The notes under the pieces: generated by a model | Database searches by the model: none | The model's input: the letters and a program-made list of their open reading frames with translations, nothing else | What the model was told of the DNA's origin: nothing | Shown here: positions 37,050 to 50,247 of the stretch, piece after piece | Position numbering within the stretch: the stretch's first letter is position 1 | Layout: the number at the start of each line of letters is the position of its first letter | Made by a program: the position numbers and the translations under genes | Origin: Octopus bimaculoides | Lineage: Eukaryota | Assembly (NCBI RefSeq): GCF_001194135.2 | Contig: NC_068994.1 | Coordinates: 54,947,515 to 55,011,514, forward strand | Direction: 5' to 3' | DNA: 64,000 nucleotides

Positions 37050-37530
37050 TCTAGGCATGATATCAAATTGTACTTGGCCATGGGATAAAATCTAAAGAGA
37101 GATTAAGCATGTGATATCACTTAAGATAGGATTTGGTCATGTGATTGATATCACTTAAAATAGGATTTTGGTCAGGGGATATCACTTAATAGAGGATTGG
37201 TTCATGGAACAGAGAGGAATTAGCCATGGGATATCACTTAAAATAGGACTTGGTCATAAGATATCACTTGAAATGGAACTTGGTCATTGGATATTGCTTA
37301 AAATAGGACTTGATGATGGGATAAAAATCTACAGAGGAATTAGCCATGGGACATCGACTGATGATGATAACAATGATGATGATATCATTTAAAGTAGAAG
37401 TCGTCTATGGGATATCACTTAAAATGGATCTTGGCTGTGAGATGTCACTTAAAGAGGATTTGACCATGGGATAAAATCTAGAGACATTAGTCATGAGATA
37501 TCACATAGAATAGACCTTAACAATTGGATA
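37050..37530. repeat. Degenerate ~30-bp minisatellite (GGGATATCACTTAAAATAGGACTTGGTCAT consensus)
   Basis: More than 10 recurrences of GATATCACTT...GG...CATG; more decayed versions at ~38400-38620 and 39365-39435. Confidence 0.85.
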
Positions 37531-39851
37531 TTATTGAAATAAAATATTATCTAAATTATATAATAAACATAGGATATAACTGAAATGTGAAAATTAGAAC
37601 TGAGCTTTAATTCTTTTGATACAAACCCACCTGAGATGGCTCCATGATACAAACTACCTGTTTTAAAGTGACCTAAATTAAAACCTTTGATTAAAATTTC
37701 CAAACACTAACTTATTAATGATCAAGTTAATTTACTAAGTTCTTAATTATTTTCAAGATTAATTGAAACAAAGACAATGGTAAATACTGTATTTTCCAAA
37801 CATACAAGTCAATGACGCATATATTGTAAATGTGTTGTGTAAACATTCAAACTTTGTCCCTATCTTTCTAAATCCTGCTGCATTTCACATGGAGTTTTTG
37901 GTCCTTCAAAGTCCTCTCCGTAAATAAACCAGCCTACCTTCTTTGACTGTAAATTTTGGCCTCAAAAAATTCGATTTGCGTGCAGGAAGAAATGGGATAT
38001 GATAAAAAGATACACACGAGAAGATTGAACAGGGGTTAAAAAGATATACATGAACAGATTGTCATTTAGTTAGAATTTTAGTCATGGTGTATCAGTTAAT
38101 GGTGAATATGCATAGCCTGGTGGTTACAGGGTGTTGCACTCAGAACTGCTAGATCAAAGGTTTGATTCCAAGACTGAGCAGCACGTTGGGTTTCATGTTG
38201 CTCCAGGTCACTCTTCTGTAAATGGGTCACCCTGTGGCAGAATGGTCTTCTGATCAGAGGAAATGTCGGCCTGCTCACCCAGCCAGTGGCATGGCATCAT
38301 TCAAAAGCCAAAATGCAAAGCGCATTGTGACCAGTGATGTACGACATCCGATAGCCTGGCCTGACCATGATACTGTGATACCATTTCATGAGAAAATCAC
38401 TGAAATAAATATGATCTAAGTTAGTTCTCAGCCATAGAATATGATCCAAATAATGATATCGTTAAATAATCGAAAACCTAAATAGATCTTAGCCATGGAA
38501 TGCTATCTAAGCAGAATATAACCTAAAGAGGATCCCATCCATAAAGAATTAAACAAAATACCATTTGATTGGAATATCTTCTGAATAAAAGGTTACTTAT
38601 GGGATATTCTCTAAGCCAGGGGTCTCCAACTAGGAAGTCACTGAACAGTACAAAGCCTTGCACCATTTGGTATCAGACCACACAGAAAAATAAACCATCA
38701 TACCTGGCAGGGTGTTTATGCATTAGAAAGGTATCATATCTGTAGCTTGCCTTCTAAACGTTTGACTGTGGCCATGCTGGGGCACCACCTCAATGAATTT
38801 TTAGTCAAATGAATTGACTTGTTTTTTAAGCCTGCTACTTAATCTATCGGTCCCTTTTGTCAAACTGCTAAGTTAGAGGAACATAAACACACCAACACTG
38901 GTTGTCAAGCGGTGGTAGGTGACAAACAGAGACTCAAAACACACCCACATACATATTACATATGATGGGCTTCTTTTCAGTTTCCGTATACCAAATCCAC
39001 TCACAAGGCTATTGTCGGTCCGAGGCTATAGTAAAAGACACTTGCTCAAGGTGTCACGCAGTGGAACTGAACCCGGAACCGTGTGGTTGGGAAGCAAGCT
39101 ACTTACCACACAGTCACGCCCGCACCGATGTGATAATCACAGTATATATCATGCACTATCCTGTGTTTTGTCATGCATGTAATCCCCCAGTCTGTGGAAA
39201 ATTTATCTTGCATGAAACTGGTCTGTGGTGCTAAAAAGACTGGGAACCAGTGATTGAAAGGGAGTTGGGTAATAAAATACCTGGGTTACGAGTTAGCCAG
39301 GGGAGGTAATTTTGGTTAGCTCTAATAATACATATGCCTAAATTATATACATATATATAATTTAGGCATAGGATATCATACAGCTAGAACAGGTTGCACT
39401 GTAGGATATGATTTAAAACAGGTGATATCATGTCAGAACAGAAATGATTAGGTGTGTATGTGTGTGTTTGGCTGAGGTGATGAATCAATATTTGTGAGAT
39501 GAGAATAAAGGGGTGAGGACTAGTAATGAAAGGAGACAAAACAACGAGGGGAAGGGGGTAGTAGATAAATTTCTGAGCTGAGAGAAAGGTGTGTGGGGGG
39601 GAGGGTAGTAGGTGGGGGGGTCAAGTTGTGAGACGTCAGTGTGGAATTAATTGCTGAAATAGGATAAGGAGGATATCAGGGTAGAGTAGTGTAAGGTAGG
39701 GTAGGGTAGGGTAATAACCTGAGATGAGACATCGGGGTGGAGGGTGGGGGGAGAAGAGGATTTTGACTGAAGAGGGAGTTACACCAATTACCACAAGGAC
39801 TGAAGGCCTCAAGAATCTTGGTGATAAAAAGATACAACAAAAATCAAAAAC

Positions 39852-39890
<39 letters not shown>

Positions 39891-40113
39891 AATAATGATA
39901 ATAATAATAATAAATTTTAAAAAAAATAAATAAAACACAAAAATAAGAATAAAACAAAAAAAAATAGCAGCGAACAAACAAACAAACAGCAGTTTCAGTT
40001 GTATTTAAGATCGAAAGCAGAGTTTTTTTTTTTGTGTTTTTGTTATTGTTATTTTTTTTTCAACTGTTCGACAGAAGTAGTTCCAGTGAGTCAGCGAATT
40101 GCCAAAGCAAAGG

Positions 40114-40291
40114 TCAACTATTGGGCAGTTCAAGAGGGTCGGCCATGCTACTGTGACTGTGACGTCGGCTAAAACACAGACAGCTGCTGGTACAGCGTTC
40201 CCATCGGCTAAACTGTTGTTGTTTTTGGTGTTGTTGTTTCTTTGAAGGACTGTTCATTAAACTTTGAAATAGTTCCATCTCTTTAACGTAC
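40114..40291 (-). CDS. RHOBTB: RhoBTB terminal coding exon
   Basis: tttgcag|G TAC completes WYVKE (compare WYLKE in vertebrate RhoBTB); ends DPLELPNS then TGA at 40116-40114. Confidence 0.9.
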
Positions 40292-43200
40292 CTGCAAATA
40301 GAAATCACTTCAGTTAAAAAATTATTATCGTCATTGAGGAGGACCGAGGACTTGATGGTGGATGCTGGGGTTGGAGGAATCGGTAGAATGGCTGGCAAGG
40401 GTGAATGCAGTATGGTGGTATGGGCATGTGATGAGGAGGGTGCTTGAGTTTTTGGCAAATGGACCGTGAAAGTGAGGTAGACTGAGGAAAACGTGGAGGG
40501 AGAGATTGGGAGGGTTGGCTTGAGATAGGAGGACGCCCCAAACCGGGCAAGATGGTGTGAGGGCAGTTGCTATGGCATTGAAGTAGATCTGGCCACTCCT
40601 GTTAATGGGGACAAAACCTGGATTTAAAACACTGAATGATGATGATGATGATTGAGTAAGAGAGCAGCGCATGACATCAAAGTGACACAAGGGTGCACGT
40701 TTATAAAGCCCAATATACCCATCATTACCATCAGTCTGATAAGGGTACATCAGGCACATGCATCACAACTATATGTGCACAACATGGATCTTATATCAAA
40801 AGAAACAGTACATGACCTTGCAGGTGGGGCACAGTTAGAATTTGTTTCAGGTCGAATAGCCCATCCCTCTCTAAAAGGTCCCTGAATAAGGGTTGTTTCA
40901 GGATGTTGAAGAAAACACCCGTGTTTCCAGAAGTGAATTATTCAAACCCCCAAAGAATTCCTCTCAACACATAGCTATGATGCTCCCCCACGACTTCTGC
41001 TCATGATCAGAGATGCACATATTGTCAGCCACTAAGGGACATGCTCAACTGGTTAAGGTCAAACAACTGACAAGCATATCTGTGGTATTAAGCAGAATAT
41101 TTGCTGCAGATCATCTTTTATACCAAGGCAAAACAATGTACATGATAACACTTCCAATCAGTTAAGATCAGAAACCATTATTTATCATTATTGAGGTTGG
41201 ACAATAGTTGAAATGGTGAGGCTACTGATCCAGGAACATAGATCCACAATTATCCTCTTATCTCCAAACAATAAACATATCCTCTTCTTCAATGGAACGT
41301 CAACATCAGAGAATTTTCTTTTCTTGAAATTATCTCCCCTTCTCAAGTGGAGCTGATCTTGCCAATAGTGGGGGGGGGGGAAGGAGATACGAATGTTTAA
41401 GAGCACTGAACTTACCATTCAGGAGGCCATCTATGTTTATCAATATACAACTGGTTCTCTAAACTGAGAGTTTTGTAGAGTTTCACATATTGTGGGAATA
41501 TGTCGAGAAAATGAACACAAAGGTAGTGAAGGCACCACTTTGCAAGCTGTACGGCATTGTGTAGCTGGAAGAAAAAAACACAGAGATGACAACGAGAACC
41601 GCACAAGGGATTGATATTGCAGTAAATGTACAGAACCATGAAGATTTCAGAGGGTGAAGAGATGAGGATAATTTAAACTTCCATTTTCTACTGAAATTTC
41701 ATGTTAACTTTTATTCCAGACATTAGCTTGATAGCTACAAAGTTATCTAATCAAATTCTTCATTATTTTAAAAATTAATTGGAATGAAATTAATTCAACA
41801 GAAATACATTAATAGGTGTAGATATGGCTGTGTAGTAAGAAGTTTGCTTCCCAACTGCATGGTTCCAGGTTTAGTCCCTCTGTGTGGCACCTCAGGCTGA
41901 TCAAAGCCTTGAGAGTGGATTTGGTGGACAGAAACTGAAAGAAGCTCTTTGTACATATATAGACATGTGTGTGTATGTGTTTGTCCACCACCACCACTGC
42001 TTGGTAACTGGTGTTGGTGGGTTTATGTCCCCCACAACTTAGCAGTTTGGCAAAAGAGAATGATAGAATAAGTATCAGGCTTTTTAAAAAAAAAGTACTG
42101 GGGGGGGATTTGTTTGACTAAGATTCCACTCAAACGAGTGCCCCAGCATGGCCACAGTCTAATGACTAAAACAAGTCAAAGAATAAAAGATAACAAAAGG
42201 ATTTATGATGGAATCAACAAGTGAATAAACAAAGCAATCTGAGGTAATAGAGAAAGGAAGGCAGTTCTGTAACAAACCTGTGCAGTTTCCAGAATACTCA
42301 ACACATCTTCCATAATGTTAACATTGGCATCTTCCTGTCTTCCCAACTCCTGGACGACATGCCCTTCAGTGAAAGCAACAAGTCGAGGGAGGCACAAGCG
42401 ATTAGCCACTTCGATCAGGCTCATACAATCAACACCAGACATACATGGTGATTCACCTGTGTAAAGGTACTCTTGGAGAGCTTTAAAGGTATCTTTGCAG
42501 ATACCTGGGAATGAAATCTGTAAAAAGGGAGAAAAACAGCATGAAATTAATACATGCTCACTAATGCTTGCTTTGTCTCTCCTCCTCCTTTCTCTCTAGA
42601 GTGTGCTTCTACCATCACTCTTTCTCTCTCTCTCTCTCTCTCTCCCTCCCGCTCTTTCAATGGGAAAGAAATCTATAAAAGGGGAGAAAAACAGCATAAA
42701 ATTAATACATATTCACTGTTACTGGCTTTCTCTCTCCCTCTAGATTGTGCTTCCACCATCACTCTTTCTCTCTCTCTCTATCAATGGCCTCCCACTCTCT
42801 CTCTATATCTACATGTCTCCCTGTTATTCTCCCACTTCTCTCCCTGTTAACTCTCTATATGTAGGAGTGTTTCTCTCTTTTTTTTCTCCCTTTTCTCTCC
42901 CTATATACAAGTTTCATTCTTTCTTTCTCTAACTCTAGATAGTCTTTCTTCTATTCTGTCTTTATACCTCCTTCTTGTTGTCTATACTTAGATAATATCT
43001 TTCTCTCTCTCTCTCTCTCTTTCACACACATACACTCTCTCTCTCCCTTGTCTCTTTCTCTATATCTATTCTCTCTCTCCTACTCTCTCTCCCTCTCTGC
43101 ATGTATATGTTACCCACTCATCTATCCATCTGTCTGATTATTTGATACACCAAATGACGGAATGATCACAAAAAGTCTTTATTCAAAGATTTGCTTCATC

Positions 43201-43417
43201 AATAATGTCTTGGACTAAACAACACCACCACCACCAACAACAACATCACCAACAACAAAATCAGCAACAAAAAAACAGGTAAAATTACCACTTTTGCCGA
43301 AGATTCCCGAAAGTTATCACTAAACATTGCATACATCATTTCACAGTGAGCCATCAAGAGGGGTTTGTGTGCTCGGACCATTCCATCATCAACTTGAAAT
43401 GTGACATCTGCAGTGGG

Positions 43418-43461
<44 letters not shown>

Positions 43462-45998
43462 CCTTTCTACAAAAGGCACAAGGCCTGAAATTTGGGGGTA
43501 GGGGGATAGTTGATTACATTGACCCCGGTACTCATGGGCCAGATTGGAGCAATATCGAGAATAACCAGCCGAAATTGCAAAGATAATCTGGATCTCGACT
43601 GAAGAGAGAAAACTCTGAATGACCTCGCCGTGTTTTCTTTGTATCGTCCATCTGGATGGTTTGTCCCTTTCTTGTATTACTCATAACGAAAAGTTGTCTC
43701 AATAAATTCTATCCAACCCATGCAAGCATGGAAAAGTGGACAATTGATGGTAACAAACACTTAAAGGGTGCTGGAAGGTACAAAAGCCGAAAAATTATGA
43801 CTACAACAACACAAGTCGGAATATCATCATCATCATCATCATCATTTAATGTCTTGTCCAAGCTGGCATGGGTTGGATGGTTTGATAAGCTAACAACAGA
43901 AACACAAAAGATGAAAAATTACCAAGAATTTATAAAGAATTGTGAAGAGTTGTGTACATTTAATGTAAAGTATCTGAAGTATTTTGAAAGTTTGTGAAGA
44001 ATGTGAATATTTTGTGAAGGTTTTGTGAAAAGTTTGTGGAGAGTTTGTGTTGAATTTGTGAAGGATATGGAAAAATAGAATGTGGTTTGACTGAGATGAT
44101 TGCTTGAATATTTGAAAGAGAACCGATTGCTTACCAGTGGCTATTTCTCTCTTGAGTGCTAATTCTCGCAGGTTGCTACATTGTGCTATGTGAAACCTGC
44201 GTCGAAGTTCAAGGTTTAGGTAAGCTTCCTGAGAAAGAAAGTTTCTGATGGAGAGTACGAGTTCAGGGAGTTGCAACAACTCAGCAGCTACAATGACTTG
44301 ATCAAAAATATCAAACTGTTCTTTGGCCACACCAGTGTATAAATACTCCAGAATATAGTGGAAAGCTTGTGGTGTGATATCAGGGTTTAACTGTACAGTG
44401 CATTGATTGGATTGGAAAGGGTGCTTGGGTGGTTTTATCTCAACAGAGTGAAATGCTGGGTGGGAGGGTACAAAAGTTTTTGTCTCAAATTCTTTTTGTT
44501 CATTAGCGACGACATTCAGATGATCTGACAGTGGACTTTCAGGTAAGACTCCATCACTGTCTATGAGTCTGTCTTTGTCGCTGTCATCTGAGACTTTATC
44601 TTCAGAGACAACCTCCTGAGCTGGTTGCTCCAAAGTGGGGCTTTTCAAGTCTGTTAAGAAAAGAGCCTTGAATACTGAGCTGGTAACCATTAAACAAATT
44701 TTGTGGGCATATATACATTGTCTTTTGGCTACAAAAACCACATCTCCTTCAATCTCGTCCCTCAATAAATAACAGAGGTCGTTGTATATTGCTATTGATG
44801 GCAGTGTCACCTTTGGGTAAGTGGGCTGTGGAAGTTCCATGGGAGGCTGGATCATTGGAGGTTTCAACTTTCGAAGCTGGCTGTCCCAAAATTTCATCTT
44901 GCGCCGGTCAGAGAGGGCCGCTCGAACTGTGTTTAAGAAAACATCTTCAATTCCAAACTCCGTAAGAATGCTTGCTTCATAGTAAGCAACTCCAATTTCG
45001 GCTGCAATATCACGACCTTCTTGAGGGGATATTATATCTTTCTCTTCAATTGGCCTGATTAAAATAGATAATTAAATTAATTAATAACAACAACAACAAC
45101 AACAATAATTGTTTCTAATTTAAGAACAAGGCTGGTAGTTTTGAGGGAAGGGGTTTGTCAGTTACCTGGTACATTATTTTATCAACCCTGGAGGGATGAA
45201 AGACAAAGTTGACTTTGGCAGGATTTCAATTCAACATTAAAAGCCATAATTAAATAATGTGAAGAATTTTGGTCTGATGCATTAACGATTCTGCTGTTGA
45301 CATCAGAGATAATTACTAGGATTACTTGTTTTTGCTACAAGGGTAACAATAAAAGAACTTTATTTTGTTGACTCTGGAAGGTTGACGGGCAAAGTTGAAG
45401 TCAACCAGATCAAACTTAGAAGATGAAAGAATGCAGTTAAATAACATAAAACAACTTGTCTGATGTGCTGCTGACTGCATCAACTCACCTAATTATTATT
45501 ATTATTATCATCATCATCATCATTATTATTATTATTAACAACAACAACAACAGTATGTCCTGATGCAGTACCAGACACTGGCTCTCATGGCTTCTGATCT
45601 TTATTGATTGGAAGTGTTACCATGTACGTTGTTTTGTCTTGGTATAAAAGATGGGCTGCAACAAATATTCTGCTCAGTACCACAGATTTGCTTGTCAGTT
45701 GTTTGACCTTAACCAGTTGAGTGTGTCCCTTAGTGGCCGACGATATGTGCATCTCTGCACATATGAATTATTTTTATGCAATTCCAAATAATATTTTTAA
45801 TATAATATTAAATATGTTAGATATTAAATACATAGAAATATAACAGGATTTTTTAAAACATGGAATGGCTATGAGGGTCCATGCAAGAAAAAGAGGAACC
45901 AAAGGGGTCTATTGGTAAAAGAATGGTTGAGAAAAGAGCTAACCACCACCCTCGCTGCCACCCCCGCCGCCACCACTACCACCACTGCCGCTGCCGCT

Positions 45999-46030
<32 letters not shown>

Positions 46031-46497
46031 CAACAACAACACCAACAATAAGAACAAGAAGAACTGAGACAAAAAATATATATATACCTATAAAGCAAAC
46101 CTTTCTCCAAGTTTCGATAAACCTCAGTGTTGTAGAGATATCGCATATCAGCTTGAGTACCGACAAGTACAATAGGAGTTGTGGGACAGTATTTGCGTAT
46201 TTCTGGCAGCCATACTTTCTTTACATTGATTAGTGACAGTGGCTTCACGACACTGAAGCACAAAATAACTACATCAGCCCTGTAAAAGAAACAAAATATA
46301 TAAAATTATATGTGTCAGTTATCATGAGAGAACCTCTCAAATGGAGTTATGGTGCATATAAGCATGCATGTTTATATCGCTAGCGGGACATAATAGTCTG
46401 CAGCTGCTGTCAGAATTACCAGATTATGTGGTTTCAGCCTTCCTTGGCCTTGTCAATGGTAGATGTCTACAGCTAGAGATAGCAGTGATTACTCCAT

Positions 46498-46544
<47 letters not shown>

Positions 46545-46827
46545 TTATCATCATCATCATTTAATGTCCATTGTCTATGCAGGCATGGTTTGATGGTTTG
46601 ACTGGAGTTGATAAGCTGGAGAGCTGCGCCAGGTTCCAGTTTGATTTGGTATGGTTTCTACAGCTGGATGCCTTTCCAAACGCCAATCACTCCAAGAGTG
46701 TAACGGGTGCTTTTTACGTGCCACCAGTACAAGTGCCATTTACATGACACCGGCAACGACCATGACTACAATTGATGGGTACCGTTCACATGGCATCAAC
46801 AACAACCACAACTAAGATGCACAGGTC

Positions 46828-46866
<39 letters not shown>

Positions 46867-47388
46867 NNNNNNNNNNNNNNNNNNNNNNNNNNNNNNNNNN
46901 NNNNNNNNNNNNNNNNNNNNNNNNNNNNNNNNNNNNNNNNNNNNNNNNNNNNNNNNNNNNNNNNNNNNNNNNNNNNNNNNNNNNNNNNNNNNNNNNNNNN
47001 NNNNNNNNNNNNNNNNNNNNNNNNNNNNNNNNNNNNNNNNNNNNNNNNNNNNNNNNNNNNNNNNNNNNNNNNNNNNNNNNNNNNNNNNNNNNNNNNNNNN
47101 NNNNNNNNNNNNNNNNNNNNNNNNNNNNNNNNNNNNNNNNNNNNNNNNNNNNNNNNNNNNNNNNNNNNNNNNNNNNNNNNNNNNNNNNNNNNNNNNNNNN
47201 NNNNNNNNNNNNNNNNNNNNNNNNNNNNNNNNNNNNNNNNNNNNNNNNNNNNNNNNNNNNNNNNNNACACACACATATATATAAGAAACAGCTTTTCTTC
47301 TTCACATGTTCCATTTCATACACAGCTGTGTTCAAGTTTTATATATTTAAAAGAAATTTTTGTATTTTCATATCAGTTTACTTATATT

Positions 47389-47441
<53 letters not shown>

Positions 47442-47704
47442 CACACACACAGATACATTCAGGTCAAGGTTAACGCTGCTTTTATCAACCGCATTCACTT
47501 AGAAGGCATTGATTAGCAGGAGGTGATGAGTAGAAGACACTTGCCTAAGGTGCTGTTGTGCTGTGGAGTTGGACTTGAAACAACGAGGTCACAAAAACAC
47601 ACATACTCATGCACATGCATGCACGCACACACATATGCACACAAACACACACACACACATAGACACACGCACGCAGGCACACACAAACACACACGCACGC
47701 GCAC

Positions 47705-47750
<46 letters not shown>

Positions 47751-48113
47751 CCTAAATTATATTTATTTATGTACCTTTTATCTGTTACTGGTTGCAGTCA
47801 TTAGAGTACAGCCATGCTGGAGCACCACCTTGGAAAAGGTTAAATCAAATGAATTGACCTCAGGGCTTGTTTTTTTTTCTTAAGCCCGGTATTTACTCTA
47901 TTGGTTGCTTTTGCTGAACCGCTAAGTTATGGGAACATAAACATACCAACACCAGTTGTCAAGCAGTGTATGGGGTGTGGGGCCAAGTAAATGAAAGAGT
48001 GGAGAGCATGGCACTGCAGAAGTAAGCAAACTCCAAGTAAAAATATTTAATACAAATACAACACTGAGCATTCAAATATTTTCCTTAATTACATGTGTGT
48101 GTGTGTGTGAGTA

Positions 48114-48177
<64 letters not shown>

Positions 48178-48373
48178 TGTGTGTATGAACACATCAAATT
48201 TCATTTACCTTCCATAAGCAAATCGTCTATCTTTATCATGGTAACCAAATGTATCCCAGAGTCGCAGAGAAACACAGGCGCCATCGACATCAATCCAAGA
48301 ACGTTCCAGAATCTGCAGAAAATTATAAAGAGAAACCTTTGCAAGCATGGAAAACAGACCTTAAATGATGATT

Positions 48374-48431
<58 letters not shown>

Positions 48432-49361
48432 CGATGACAAAGATGATAGTTTGACAGGCTTAAAAATGTGCATTGTGCCCCTGTGTATGCTTTTGCTTGG
48501 TTTTTATGGCTGGCTGCCCTTCCTAACGGCAACCACTTTACAGAGTGTACTGGGTCCTTTTTTTGTCACATGGCACCAACACTAGTGAGGTTGCCATGCT
48601 GACAGCAAGACTAAGAATTGCTTTTGACTGATGTGGGCTACAGTAGAGAAAGAGGTGGTTTTATACTATGGGATAAAGAGTTAAAGTGTGAAAGAAGGGG
48701 CTAGAAGAGAGGAGGGTTACATACAGTAATCCCTTGCCATATTGCAGTTCACCTGTTGCAGTTCACCTGTTGCAGTTCACCTGTTGCAGTTCACCTGTTG
48801 CAGTTCACCTGTTGCAGTTCACCTGTTGCGGTTTATTACTTAAGCTTATGCCGATTCCTCTGTGGTGTTATTTTGCATTTATAATAAAATAAATATATAC
48901 AAATTATAAAAATAATAATAAAAAATACAATACAGTGCTGTTTCTACTCTGTGGATTTTCACCTATCGTGGTGGGGTTTTGGAACATAACACATGTGATA
49001 GTCGAGGGATTGCTGTAATGTGAATTAATAAAGGATAAACCGAAACCTTAACAAATCCGTTATGGAGATTTCATTCCAGTCTCCATTGAAACCATGCTGA
49101 AGAAGACATTAGAGCACAATGCAGCATCAAAGAAGATGATGACACACAACAGACAGGACCAATGACTATTGAAGAGGGTACAAGAAGCAACGGAAATTTC
49201 AGAGAAAATAAATAAGTAAATGAGTGGAAATCAAACCAGTGAGTGTGTTAATTAATAAGGCATTAAGACAGAATGACTCTCCGCAGACACAATAGTTATA
49301 TATACATATATATATATTTTCATATGTGTATATATATTTAAATATCTATTTTGTGTGTGTG

Positions 49362-49395
<34 letters not shown>

Positions 49396-49427
49396 TGCAA
49401 ATATATGTGTGTGTGTGTGTGTGTGTG

Positions 49428-49466
<39 letters not shown>

Positions 49467-50247
49467 AAGTGTGTGTGTTTGTGTGTGTGTGCATCAGTGT
49501 ATAAAACTAAAATAAACAGGATTAAAGGTGTGGTTAATCTGTTTGTTTATATTTTTCATAACTGCAAAGCTAACCAGATTTTTTTTAAAAAACNNNNNNN
49601 NNNNNNNNNNNNNNNNNNNNNNNNNNNNNNNNNNNNNNNNNNNNNNNNNNNNNNNNNNNNNNNNNNNNNNNNNNNNNNNNNNNNNNNNNNNNNNNNNNNN
49701 NNNNNNNNNNNNNAGTAGTAGTAGTAGTAGTAGTAATGATAATCCATTCTACTCTAGAGTCAAGGTCTGAAATTTTGGGTGAGGAGAAGACTAGTCGATT
49801 ACATTGCCCCCCCCCCCCAGTGTTTCACTGGTACTTCTGTTGTAAGCATTTGAGCCAGGTTTCCAGCTCAAAGATGTCTTCCTCTTTCACACCCTATCAC
49901 CAGAGTTCAAAGAGAGAATCCTTTTGTTACCAACAGAGCTAGAAATTCCTTGAACTTTTACTCCACCTTGTCCTTACTCTGGCCCCAATATTTTCTGTAC
50001 AAGCACTTCCTTCTGTTGTTAAATGAGTGTTTATAAAAACTGAAAGTGCCAGAACAACAAAACTTACCTCCCGATCTGTTCTGTAGTGGTCTATGGCCCA
50101 CACAGTTGCAACATGTGTTTTTACAAGTTCATTTAGGCAGTATTTCACTCCAGTTGCCCAAGCACAAATCAGGCAGGTCTTACCAACACCTGGGTCCCCA
50201 ACAATGACACATTTCACAAACTCAGCTTGACTGTTCTGTTTAACCAT
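40114..50247 (-). CDS. RHOBTB: RhoBTB atypical Rho GTPase (GTPase, Pro-rich, split BTB1, BTB2, C-terminal domain); complete CDS in 8 exons, 2082 nt, 693 aa
   Basis: Exons 50247-50068, 48312-48209, 46279-46088, 45054-44135, 43407-43289, 42517-42278, 41564-41416 and 40291-40114 all have GT-AG ends and compatible phases. Motifs: [38 protein letters not shown]-like [12 protein letters not shown] and HRWPPEWYVKE, all characteristic of RhoBTB1/2. Confidence 0.96.
40640..41175. mobile_element. Longer dispersed repeat (family H); partial copies at ~9118-9200, 28560-28830 and 45555-45760 (reverse)
   Basis: Shared blocks CATCAAAGTGACAC...CATGACCTTGCAGGTG and ACAATGTACATGATAACACTTCCAATCAG(C/T)TAAGATCAGAA. 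Confidence 0.7.
41416..41564 (-). CDS. RHOBTB: RhoBTB coding exon 7
   Basis: [19 protein letters not shown]...KHRWPPE(W); 149 nt, phase 0 to 2, donor gtaagt. Confidence 0.94.
42278..42517 (-). CDS. RHOBTB: RhoBTB coding exon 6 (BTB2)
   Basis: [24 protein letters not shown]...[14 protein letters not shown]...LETAQ; 240 nt, phase 0 to 0. Confidence 0.94.
43289..43407 (-). CDS. RHOBTB: RhoBTB coding exon 5 (BTB2 start)
   Basis: [40 protein letters not shown]; 119 nt, phase 1 to 0. Confidence 0.94.
44135..45054 (-). CDS. RHOBTB: RhoBTB coding exon 4 (GTPase end, Pro-rich region, split BTB1)
   Basis: [39 protein letters not shown]...AHKICL...[12 protein letters not shown]...REIAT; 920 nt, phase 2 to 1, donor gtaagc. 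Confidence 0.95.
46088..46279 (-). CDS. RHOBTB: RhoBTB coding exon 3
   Basis: [47 protein letters not shown]...LLY(R); 192 nt, phase 2 to 2. Confidence 0.94.
48209..48312 (-). CDS. RHOBTB: RhoBTB coding exon 2 (not in the ORF track)
   Basis: ctgcag|[34 protein letters not shown](R)|gtaaat; 104 nt, phase 0 to 2. Confidence 0.95.
48724..49015. mobile_element. pogo/Tigger-like MITE with TA flanks and an internal 14-bp tandem expansion
   Basis: TA|CAGTAATCCCTTG ... CGAGGGATTGCTG|TA terminal inverted repeats; six perfect TTGCAGTTCACCTG units at 48742-48825. Confidence 0.8.
50068..50247 (-). CDS. RHOBTB: RhoBTB coding exon 1 (P-loop)
   Basis: [30 protein letters not shown]...[12 protein letters not shown], then gtaagt. 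An acceptor TAG lies 2 nt before the ATG, implying an upstream, probably UTR, exon. Confidence 0.93.

Noticed and set aside
43590-43635. CTGAAGA-GAGAAAACTC-TGAATG as another hammerhead
   Set aside because: The GAAA core is absent (TGAAT) and stems I and III are unconvincing; it is probably an unrelated repeat.
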